From positions 94-64,093 of the forward strand of contig JABWBA010000009.1 of assembly GCA_013360745.1 (NCBI GenBank): DNA of 64,000 nucleotides, in the 5' to 3' direction. This DNA is from Chthonomonadales bacterium. Its GTDB lineage: Bacteria; Armatimonadota; Chthonomonadetes; Chthonomonadales; CAJBBX01. Of this stretch, positions 9,293 through 17,924 are shown one piece after another. The position numbers and the translations under genes were made by a program. The notes under the pieces are model-generated. The model did no database searches. It was given only the letters and a program-made list of their open reading frames with translations, and was not told the origin of the DNA. Positions within the stretch are counted from its first letter, which is position 1, and each line of letters opens with the position of its first letter.

Positions 9293-9915
9293 CCCCGATC
9301 GATCCGGGGATAGGGAGCACGGCGGTTGTCATCGGGTTGACGGGCGGCATCGCGACCGGTAAGAGCCTGGTCGCCGATGCCTTCGCGGCACGAGGCGCCC
9401 AAGTCCTCAGCGCCGACGCGATTGCCCGCGATCTGACCGCGAACGGGCGCCCGCTTGCGTCCGAGATTCTTGGTGCGTTTGGTGACGATGTCCGTGCGCC
9501 CGATGGATCGCTCGATCGCGCTATGCTGGCCCGGTGTATCTTTAGTGATGAAACGGCGCGAAAGAGACTGGAGAATCTGGTGCATCCGCCGGTCCTTATG
9601 CGTATTCGGGCCGAGATCGAGGCATTTCGAAACCGTTCGGAAGGAAGCCGGGTTCTGGTAGTAGAAATACCATTGCTGTACGAAGTTGGCATCGAGGACT
9701 GGTTCGATCGGATCGTCGTCGTAGCCGCAGAGGAATCGGTGCAGGTTCGTCGTCTGCAGGATCGAGATGGGCTGCAGGAAACCGAAGCGCGACGTCGAAT
9801 CGCTGTCCAATGGCCTCTGGCCGAGAAAGCGGATCGAGCCGACTTCGTGATCTGGAACTCAGGGCGTCCTGAGGATGTCGAATGGCAGGTGGACAGAGCC
9901 CTTGGGGCGATATAG
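9289..9915 (+). CDS. coaE: Dephospho-CoA kinase (start uncertain: CTG 9289 or TTG 9337)
   Basis: VIGLTGGIATGKS P-loop, LDRAMLA, LENLVHP, EIPLLYE, ADFVIWN; polA-rpsA-coaE neighbourhood. Confidence 0.93.
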   Translation: MTPIDPGIGSTAVVIGLTGGIATGKSLVADAFAARGAQVLSADAIARDLTANGRPLASEILGAFGDDVRAPDGSLDRAMLARCIFSDETARKRLENLVHPPVLMRIRAEIEAFRNRSEGSRVLVVEIPLLYEVGIEDWFDRIVVVAAEESVQVRRLQDRDGLQETEARRRIAVQWPLAEKADRADFVIWNSGRPEDVEWQVDRALGAI

Positions 9916-9992
9916 CGACACCATCAATATGATCGATCGTAATGAGCGCGGAATCCTCGCCGTAAGCGTGGGCGGAGGATGTGCGCCGGTGC

Positions 9993-10021
9993 TTGCACAG
10001 CGAGTTCACGTGTGCTATAAT
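9993..10021 (+). promoter_or_regulatory. Strong sigma70-type promoter upstream of the large secreted-protein locus
   Basis: TTGCAC (9993-9998), 17-bp spacer, extended -10 TG-c-TATAAT (10013-10021); AGGAGG RBS at 10113-10118. Confidence 0.8.
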
Positions 10022-10129
10022 CGGCGCGGCAGAGCAGGGCGCTGTTCGGAGGCCGTCCGGCGTCGTTTCGTCTCCGAAGGCATCCCGTACCTGTTGAGTG
10101 CGCTCGCTAGCTAGGAGGTTAGACCCGTC

Positions 10130-13100
10130 TTGAATAGAGTGAGACTAACACACCTCTGCTCCATACTACTGGTCACTCCGATGCTCGCCACCCTCGGCTT
10201 GAGCGCCGCCAACGCACAGGGCGGAGGAGTATGGAATGGGCCCCGAGCACCGCGGGGCAAACCCTTCATCGGCTATACGGCCCCCATGCCGCCGGAGGTG
10301 CCCGCGAAACCCGTCAAGCAGACCCGAGCCGACACAACGAAGGGTACGGTGGATCTCACGCCGAACACCCCTCTCGTGCATGACGGGGCGCCCTTCTGGA
10401 CCCAGGACGAAGCGTATCTCTATTTCCATTCCACTCGAACCGATATCGCGGGTACGACGGCCGGCACACTCCGGCATATCTACCGAATGCCCGCTGGAGG
10501 CGGTGCGCCGATCGCCATCACGGGGCCCCTCTCAGCTGGCCGGCTGGGCGAAGCCTCCAATCAGTCAGAGCCTGCAGCCAATCCGGGCGGCAACAGGCTG
10601 GTCTATATCGAGACGGCCGCTTCAGGCGCCGTCGATCTCGTCGAACTCGACCTCGCCACCCGGACCACGAAGTCGCTCGTGCGCAATAACGCTGACGGAT
10701 TTAACTTCGTTGCGCTGAATGGCCCCGAATATGGCGTCTGGTCCGAACTCAATATCGCGGTCCTTTTTGCGGGACGCACGTCGGCCGCCGGGCCGTACAA
10801 GCTCTTCGCCGTCGATACCCAGTCGGGCCGAATACGGCAGATCACCACGGGTCTTTCGGATGATCGAAATCCGACGGTGAGCCCGGCGGTCGGAACCTCC
10901 CAGCTCCAGGCCATCATCGCGTTCGACTCCAACCGGGCCGACGCGTCCGGCGCATCGGCGAAGGCGACCAGGGACATCTGGGTCGTTCCGGCGGATCGGC
11001 CGGGCGTCCCTGCCACGCGGGTTACGGACTTTTCGGCAAACGGAGCCAGTTCGTCCAACATGCAGCCGTCGTGGAGCACGAATAAGACCGATACCAGCGG
11101 TTTCGTCAGCGGTGCGCAGCTGATCGCGTTCGCGTCCACTCGGTACGATACAGCCAACGACGGCCTCGCCAACGGCGTCAACGGCAACGGCACCCACGAT
11201 ATCTACTGGCTCAAGGCCGCGATCGGGCGCGATCCCAACGGCGGCGATTACTATACGGTCACGACGCCGGAGAGCCAGACCAATGCGGCCTACAAGCTGC
11301 CCACCGGCGATCCGCGCCACATCTACGACGACCAGTATCCGGTCTGGCCCCAGTTCATCGGCACCTATCGCGTCGCCTTTCAGTCGAACCGCACCGGGTA
11401 CGATCCGGCCAATCAGGTCTCGACCCCGGCGGCTCCCACCGCAGCGACCCCGACGGATCTCTTCTCCTCGACGTTGCTCGATCTGAATGCGCCGACACTG
11501 GTTCGGTTCAATGAGATGTCCGGAGAGGTAGTGAACGTGGAGCCGCGGCTGGCTCAGGCCGGCAGTCCGGTCCGAATCACCGCCAGGTTGACCGACCTTG
11601 AGACGGGTATCCGGGACGTCTGGGTTCAGATCAAGAATCCGAACAGCAAGTACCAGTCGTCGGACGGCGTGGAGCACAAGGTCTACGCTTTCGCTGGCAT
11701 GAATCTCGACGGTAACAACATCGCTCTGAATGTCCCCGTGGAATATGAACAGGAGCGGATCTTTATTGGCTCCAACCCGTCGGATCCCCAGGTCAACACC
11801 TACGCAACGCCAACATACATCGCCAGCCTCGACGACTTCTGGGCATTCACGGGCGGCAGCAATGCGCCGGATCCGTCGTGGCTCAGGCTTCAGTTCGAAT
11901 CTCGGGACCCGGCTACCGGTGTGGAGACCTTCAGCGCAACGTGGACCACTCCGGTGAGTCCCAGCGACTACGTCATCGACGTCATCGCGTACGACAACGC
12001 CGTCGATCCCTTCCAGGGAGGAGCGGTCAACTGGAAGATCTACGACAATATCTGGGGCTTCTCCACACAGCCGTTCCAGGCAGGCCATGGTCTTCTGTTT
12101 GTCAGTGACTATGCCGCCGGCCAGAAGTTCTTCAGTTCCCGATTCGGCGAGGCTTCGCTTGTCAATGTGCTCCATACATTCTGGGGTACGGAAAGCTGGA
12201 TGACTGATATCGACGTTCGCCTGCTGCCCCGCACCTATCGCAATGGCGATACGATCGGGACACTGATCAACGTCCTTAACGCTCTCGGAGTCAAGTCATA
12301 TGGGAGCATCAGTCCCGGTGCGGATCCAAGCCTCTGGGACGGGACGGTCGTAGACGGTTTCAACGTCCCGATGACACAGCAGTACGACATATGGCGCACC
12401 CTCTGCCGTGGTCCCGTGCCCGACTCGGTCCTGATGCAGTACCTGCCGCACCTGACGCAGCAGCCGCCGGATGTGATCAACGGTGAAAAGGATCCGCGGC
12501 CGGTCACGGTAGCCCCCCGAAGCGTCATCTGGCATTCGCCTTATAACGGCAACCTGTTCGTCGGGCCCGGCACGTTGATGGACCTCGCTACACAAACCCA
12601 GCTGCACGGTTTCCTCCAGGCAGGCGGGCGCCTGCTCGTCAACGGACAGGACTTCGCCTGGGCCGCAACGCTGGACGGCGGAAGCCCGAATGCATTCCTG
12701 GGCTCAGATCTGAAGGCTCAGTACGTTCGGGACAGCGCGGGCGGGACGATCTTCCGCAGCGCCGCCGGCGCCTTCCGCATGCAGTTCGGCATTTCCAGCG
12801 CGTATTCACTCGCTGCAGCCGGGGCCTTCAACCCGATCTCACACGATCCATGGGAGGGCATTCCGGGGGCCTACCTGAGCAGTCGACACCGATACCCCGG
12901 CCCACCGGAGCCACCCGGTGACAATCATCCGATATCGGCGTCGAACAACTATCTGGCCGCCGGTGACGACATAAACAATCCGCGCGTGTACGCCAGTCCT
13001 GGGAACGCGTATCCGGATGTTGTCAACTCCCTGTCCGGCGGGATCCCCGCGCTGAGTTACGGCGGCGGCGGCACGGCCGTCCACTATGTACACGACACGG

Positions 13101-15727
13101 CCACGGGCAGCAGGCTCGTCTACAGCCCGATGGGTCTGGAGGGGTACTTCCCGGACTTCTGGGCGCCAGCCAATACACAGAATATCCTCGCCCTGAAGAA
13201 CCGGAGAAGCGAGCTCCTCCATAACTTCGCCTGCTGGTCCCGGACCGGCACCATAACCGGAACCGTGCTGGATGTGGAGGGCGCCGGAGCCCCATTGCCC
13301 AACGTACTCGTACGGCTCTCCAGCAGGCAGTCTGGCGGTCAGCCGGTAACCGCGTATACCGCTTTGACGGCGGAGAACGGCTCTTTCTTCGTCAACGGCG
13401 TCGAACCCGGCACGTATGAGATCACTGCCTCAAAGCCCGGCTTTACGATCCAGAAGCGTACCGGTGTTGTAGTCCACGGCGGAGCGCGAGACGATATTAG
13501 CTTCCGGATGACCAAGGCTGAGCCCGCAGTGATCAAGGGCAAGGTTACGCGTACCGACGGGACCACACCGGTGGTCGGCGCTACGCTTACGCTAACCGAT
13601 GTCCTGCCGCCCAACGCAACCTTCACCGGCGTCAGCGATGCGAACGGCGAATACACGATCACACGGGTGCCGTCTCAGACGAAGTACACCTTGACGTGCT
13701 CGGCGACCGGCTACGGCGAAAGCATTCCCGTGGAATATGCAGTCCCCAACCCGAATGATCCGGTTCAGGGACAGCGGGACGCCCTTGTCGTGCCGGCCAA
13801 GGTCTATGTCGGCTTCGACTTCCAGCTGAAGGCGGAGCAGGGCGGGGCCTCTGGTCGCGTGGTAGCGAAGGGGACAGGGCAGCCGATTGCAGGCGCCGTG
13901 GTAACCGCAACTCTCGGTTCCCGCAATGTCACCGCGACCACCGACGCAAATGGCAACTACAGCTTCAGCAAGGTCAGTACGCCGCCGAATGGCCTCGATC
14001 CCGGCGCATGGGGCCTGGTGGCCGCTGCACCCGGTTATCAGCCAAATGTGGCGATTAGCGTCCTCGTTGAGAGCAATAAGACGGCAGTGGTTCCGCTGAT
14101 TGAGCTTGAGACCGTACCTCCGGGGTCGGTGTCCGGACTGGTGACGCGCACCAGCGACGGCGCTGCGCTCAGCGGTGTCATGATCGAGATGCGTGATTCA
14201 GCCGGCAACCTGGTCGGCTCAACGACGACTGGCGCGAGCGCCACTTCGAACGGCTACACGTATAACTTCAAGATCGAGAATGCGCCGGCCGGCGTTACCT
14301 ACACGGTGACCGCCAGGTCCCAGGGCTTCACACCGACTCCCGAATCGCGACAGGCTGCAGTGCAGACGGGCGTTGAGACGCGAAACGTCAACTTCGCCAT
14401 GGCGCCGCTGCATACCTTCCCTGCAACGTTGTCGCTCGTATCAGCGCCGTATGATTACAGCGCCACCGACGCGGGCGATCTCCTGAGCATCCCGGCCGGG
14501 GACAGGCTCAACGGAACCTTCCTGCTGGCTACCTGGGCTCTACGCAAGTACCAGTACTACCCGCAGCCGAGCGTGAAGTCCTTCCAGCTTGGCCGGGGCT
14601 ACTTCATCTCCTACAAGTCGAATATCCCGCTGAGTCGGGAGGGAGGCACCGCGGATACCTCTCGGCCATTCGATATACCGCTCGACATCGGCTGGAACCT
14701 TATCGGAAATCCGTTCAACATCGACCTTGATTGGACCAAGGTGATGGTGGTCGATGGCGGCGCGGTCAAGACCTTCAGCGAGGCGATCTCCTCAGGCGCA
14801 ATCAGTTCCGCCCTGTATACCTATACGAGCGGCAGCTACATTCTCGACTATAAGATCGCGGCATGGAGAGGCTACTGGGTACGCGCCTACAGGAACATCA
14901 TCCTGCGACTCGATCCGGTGAACGGCCGATACGGACGAGGATCCGCGATCCCCGCCGGCAGGTCGGTGCTCCAGGGGCGTCAGGGCTGGGCAGCCAACCT
15001 TCGTGTCACTGCGGGCGGCTATACCGACCCGGATAACCGGTTTGGACTCGCCGCAGGGGCCACGGACGGCCCGGATGCATTCAAGGTCGAAAAGCCGCCT
15101 GTGTTCGGCGACCGCTATGTCTATCTGAGTTTCGATCATCCTGACTGGGGTGACCGAGCCGGCAACTATGGCGTCGATGTCCGGGCTGCTTCCGTTAGGC
15201 CCCAGTCCTGGCGGTTCACCGTGGCTACAGCGGTTAACGCGACCACCGCCGTCATTAGCTGGCCGGATCTCGCAACCGTGGATCGCAAGGTTCGACTTAC
15301 CATCATCGATGAAGCAACCGGCGTAGAGAGAGACATGCGATCCAACAGCAGCTATTCGTGGCAGGTGCCGGCGGGCGCCACCGAGCGCAAGTTCCGTATC
15401 GAGTCGGCGCCTCTGGACAGGAACGCGCTGCGGATCACCGATTTACGGATCGCTCAGGTGGGCAGAAGCGCCGTCAGCAATATCACCTTCGTGACGACGG
15501 CGGCCGCTAACGTTACCATCCGGATTATGGACGGTGGCGGGCGGCTTATCCGAGCGTTGTCTCCAGAAACATCGCGGGCAGCGGGTACACAGCAAGTAAA
15601 ATGGGATCAGAAGGACGGACGGGGCATCACGATGCCGGCTGGCGCTTACCAGGTCGAGGTACGGGCTCGTACACTGGACGGTAAGGAAACGACCAGAGCG
15701 GTAGCGATGCTGATTGTGACGAGATAG
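10130..15727 (+). CDS. Large secreted protein: TolB/PD40-like propeller, central domain, four carboxypeptidase-regulatory-like repeats, shared C-terminal module with FlgD-Ig domain
   Basis: Signal peptide (..ANA-Q); PD40-like motifs (PFWTQDEAYLYFHSTR, IAFDSNR, IAFASTR, VAFQSNR); four G.I.G.V...G.P..G..V repeats at ~13240-14400; GWNLIGNPF, GYWVRA, KPP, WDQKDGRG..PAGAY; ends IVTR. Confidence 0.8.
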   Translation: MNRVRLTHLCSILLVTPMLATLGLSAANAQGGGVWNGPRAPRGKPFIGYTAPMPPEVPAKPVKQTRADTTKGTVDLTPNTPLVHDGAPFWTQDEAYLYFHSTRTDIAGTTAGTLRHIYRMPAGGGAPIAITGPLSAGRLGEASNQSEPAANPGGNRLVYIETAASGAVDLVELDLATRTTKSLVRNNADGFNFVALNGPEYGVWSELNIAVLFAGRTSAAGPYKLFAVDTQSGRIRQITTGLSDDRNPTVSPAVGTSQLQAIIAFDSNRADASGASAKATRDIWVVPADRPGVPATRVTDFSANGASSSNMQPSWSTNKTDTSGFVSGAQLIAFASTRYDTANDGLANGVNGNGTHDIYWLKAAIGRDPNGGDYYTVTTPESQTNAAYKLPTGDPRHIYDDQYPVWPQFIGTYRVAFQSNRTGYDPANQVSTPAAPTAATPTDLFSSTLLDLNAPTLVRFNEMSGEVVNVEPRLAQAGSPVRITARLTDLETGIRDVWVQIKNPNSKYQSSDGVEHKVYAFAGMNLDGNNIALNVPVEYEQERIFIGSNPSDPQVNTYATPTYIASLDDFWAFTGGSNAPDPSWLRLQFESRDPATGVETFSATWTTPVSPSDYVIDVIAYDNAVDPFQGGAVNWKIYDNIWGFSTQPFQAGHGLLFVSDYAAGQKFFSSRFGEASLVNVLHTFWGTESWMTDIDVRLLPRTYRNGDTIGTLINVLNALGVKSYGSISPGADPSLWDGTVVDGFNVPMTQQYDIWRTLCRGPVPDSVLMQYLPHLTQQPPDVINGEKDPRPVTVAPRSVIWHSPYNGNLFVGPGTLMDLATQTQLHGFLQAGGRLLVNGQDFAWAATLDGGSPNAFLGSDLKAQYVRDSAGGTIFRSAAGAFRMQFGISSAYSLAAAGAFNPISHDPWEGIPGAYLSSRHRYPGPPEPPGDNHPISASNNYLAAGDDINNPRVYASPGNAYPDVVNSLSGGIPALSYGGGGTAVHYVHDTATGSRLVYSPMGLEGYFPDFWAPANTQNILALKNRRSELLHNFACWSRTGTITGTVLDVEGAGAPLPNVLVRLSSRQSGGQPVTAYTALTAENGSFFVNGVEPGTYEITASKPGFTIQKRTGVVVHGGARDDISFRMTKAEPAVIKGKVTRTDGTTPVVGATLTLTDVLPPNATFTGVSDANGEYTITRVPSQTKYTLTCSATGYGESIPVEYAVPNPNDPVQGQRDALVVPAKVYVGFDFQLKAEQGGASGRVVAKGTGQPIAGAVVTATLGSRNVTATTDANGNYSFSKVSTPPNGLDPGAWGLVAAAPGYQPNVAISVLVESNKTAVVPLIELETVPPGSVSGLVTRTSDGAALSGVMIEMRDSAGNLVGSTTTGASATSNGYTYNFKIENAPAGVTYTVTARSQGFTPTPESRQAAVQTGVETRNVNFAMAPLHTFPATLSLVSAPYDYSATDAGDLLSIPAGDRLNGTFLLATWALRKYQYYPQPSVKSFQLGRGYFISYKSNIPLSREGGTADTSRPFDIPLDIGWNLIGNPFNIDLDWTKVMVVDGGAVKTFSEAISSGAISSALYTYTSGSYILDYKIAAWRGYWVRAYRNIILRLDPVNGRYGRGSAIPAGRSVLQGRQGWAANLRVTAGGYTDPDNRFGLAAGATDGPDAFKVEKPPVFGDRYVYLSFDHPDWGDRAGNYGVDVRAASVRPQSWRFTVATAVNATTAVISWPDLATVDRKVRLTIIDEATGVERDMRSNSSYSWQVPAGATERKFRIESAPLDRNALRITDLRIAQVGRSAVSNITFVTTAAANVTIRIMDGGGRLIRALSPETSRAAGTQQVKWDQKDGRGITMPAGAYQVEVRARTLDGKETTRAVAMLIVTR

Positions 15728-15920
15728 GGAACGGGCTTTGCAGGGCCCGATGGAACTGCAGAGCCCATGCGCAATACTAGCGAGGGGCGATAGGGACATA
15801 TTGTGTTCGACACGATAGGACCTGCTCGCTGGAGGATCGCCAATAATGTGTTGCAGCGTTTCGTGCGCTAAGGGTTAAGCCGTTAGCGCAGGGGATGTGA
15901 TCCAGGGAGGAACTCTCAGA

Positions 15921-17831
15921 GTGAAACGGATCAGGAAGAGCAGGGCCGCGCGGTCCTTGAGCTGGTTGCTCACGGTCGCAATGATCGCACCGCTTGCCTG
16001 TCGACTTATCGGGCCCGAGGCAGCCTATGCTCAGGCTCAGGTCAGCGGTGTACAGACGGTGATTGTGATCGACTTCGTCAACAAGCCGGGATACCTCGGT
16101 GAGGCTCTCGCTCGACGAGCCACCGACGCTGTCGCTGTGGAACTGGCGAACTCCGCGCGCTTTGAGGTTCTGAGGCGTGATGAGATTGAAAAACAGGCTG
16201 CCACGCTCGGTCTGAAGAAGCCGTACGATGACGTCGCTCAGACCAAGCTGGCCTCTGCCCTCGGAGCTACATCGGTAATCAGCGGTGAGATCAGCTTCGT
16301 CAGTCCCGTGCAGAATGCCAGTCCGAAGACCGTCGTTGCTGGCTTGAAGGTCAGGATGCGAGCCCCAGGTTCTCCGGAGCTCGTCAACGGAGCGGCGCAG
16401 GTCGGCGAGGCGAAGGCACGTCCTGGACAGAGTGACGATGAATCGCTGGCGCAGGAAGCCGTGGACAACGCAGCCGTCTTGAGTGTCAAGCAGATGCTCG
16501 CTACGAATCTCACGGACGGCACCATCGTTAGCTCCGTCGGACCGCAGACCAGCCTCCAGATCCTGATCAATAGGGGCTCTCGAGACGGCGTGACTACGGG
16601 CATGCAAATGCTTGTCACGCGGGAACGTCAGCGCGTTGGCAAGATCCAGATTACGAACGTATTCGCCACGGATTCTGAGGCAAAGGTCATCGAAAACACC
16701 CTGGGCGTTCGGCCAGAGGACAAGGTCCGAGCCGTATTTCCCGAGCCGGAGTTTCCAAAACTAGCCGGTATCAAGGGCATCAAGACCGGCAGGACAGCGC
16801 CGAAGGGCTCGGTTAGTTCTCTGGGCAAACTTCTCGTCGTACTGGCCGCTGGAGTGGTGATAGCAGCGGCAGTCATGGGCGGCAAGAACTCGAGTGTTAC
16901 CGGCGTCGTTGCCGAAGCCGATGTCGAGGGCGTTACGCCTACCGTACGAATATCCTGGCGGGACAACTTCTGGGGCGCCACTACATTGGAGCATCAGATA
17001 TGGCGGAACCCGGATGCTCCGTTCAACTTCCAGGGCGAACCCATAGCCTCCAAGCAGTATGAACCACGCTATTCGGACAGGCCTGCTCCATACAGCTATT
17101 GGGATGGGACCAGGAGTTTCCTCCGCGCGCCGCTGCCGGGATCGGGCGGCGGCACCTCAGGCGAATCCGAGGCTGAGGTGGTCACACCCGAGGCTGGCGC
17201 GGTTCCGGGCTTCGTGATTGGTCAAACGTACACCTACCAGATCACCGGCGTGATCCGTCGACCGCTCGCGGTCGCCAATGATGGCGGTAGTGGCGGGGGC
17301 GGCGGGAACAACAGCGCTGGCACGCAGGATGTAGGCACGGATCCCGTCTCCTCATCTCCTGTCACCCCAATCGCTCAGGCTGCGCTGGTCGCCCCGGAGA
17401 ATATGTTCACCAACGTGGACCTCTCCCGATTTAATCCGACGTGGCTGAGCAGCTCAGGCGCAGATGTTTTTGTTGTCGAGGTGAGTACGGACAGGACGTT
17501 CAAAAACCGTAATCTTATCCTGCAGCTCGGTACCGTCTATTCCACCGCTCCCCTTTCTACCGGTGTCACACAGGTCCTGCCTGGCGAGGTGGACCTGACG
17601 ACCAATCCTGTGCTGCTTCGGGACGCTGTGTTTGCCAACTACGTCAACCGTGTCCCCGGTGCAACCAAACCGACACTGTACTGGCGTGTTGGCGGCAGGA
17701 ACGATGCCGATCGGCCAGGACCGGTGCACTGGATCTCAAGGAACCATCAGGATCGGGATCGAACGTTCCGTTATGTCTACTCTGAAGTTAGGAGCTTCAC
17801 GCCGGCCGAGATGCCGCCGCCACCCCCGTAG
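15921..17831 (+). CDS. CsgG/TolB-N-like + FlgT-C-like secreted protein with internal hydrophobic helix and poly-Pro C-terminus
   Basis: GGAGG RBS, GTG start; signal peptide; VIVIDFVN..LANSARFEVLRR..LGATSVISGEI (CsgG-like); ILINRGSRDGV..G.I.I.NV (FlgT-C-like); LLVVLAAGVVIAAAVMGG; ends MPPPPP. Confidence 0.65.
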   Translation: MKRIRKSRAARSLSWLLTVAMIAPLACRLIGPEAAYAQAQVSGVQTVIVIDFVNKPGYLGEALARRATDAVAVELANSARFEVLRRDEIEKQAATLGLKKPYDDVAQTKLASALGATSVISGEISFVSPVQNASPKTVVAGLKVRMRAPGSPELVNGAAQVGEAKARPGQSDDESLAQEAVDNAAVLSVKQMLATNLTDGTIVSSVGPQTSLQILINRGSRDGVTTGMQMLVTRERQRVGKIQITNVFATDSEAKVIENTLGVRPEDKVRAVFPEPEFPKLAGIKGIKTGRTAPKGSVSSLGKLLVVLAAGVVIAAAVMGGKNSSVTGVVAEADVEGVTPTVRISWRDNFWGATTLEHQIWRNPDAPFNFQGEPIASKQYEPRYSDRPAPYSYWDGTRSFLRAPLPGSGGGTSGESEAEVVTPEAGAVPGFVIGQTYTYQITGVIRRPLAVANDGGSGGGGGNNSAGTQDVGTDPVSSSPVTPIAQAALVAPENMFTNVDLSRFNPTWLSSSGADVFVVEVSTDRTFKNRNLILQLGTVYSTAPLSTGVTQVLPGEVDLTTNPVLLRDAVFANYVNRVPGATKPTLYWRVGGRNDADRPGPVHWISRNHQDRDRTFRYVYSEVRSFTPAEMPPPPP

Positions 17832-17924
17832 GAGGAAGGCTCGGTACGGTATAGGGAGGACGGCGCGAACATCTTCAGCTGCGCCGTCCACCTTCGTCGG
17901 TATGCGTGAGAGGAGCTAGGAAGC

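Noticed and set aside
10622-12175. Long antisense ORFs (also 27117-28499, 41100-42569, 6549-7559, 8273-9274)
   Set aside because: Mirror frames of strongly biased coding genes, with no motifs of their own.
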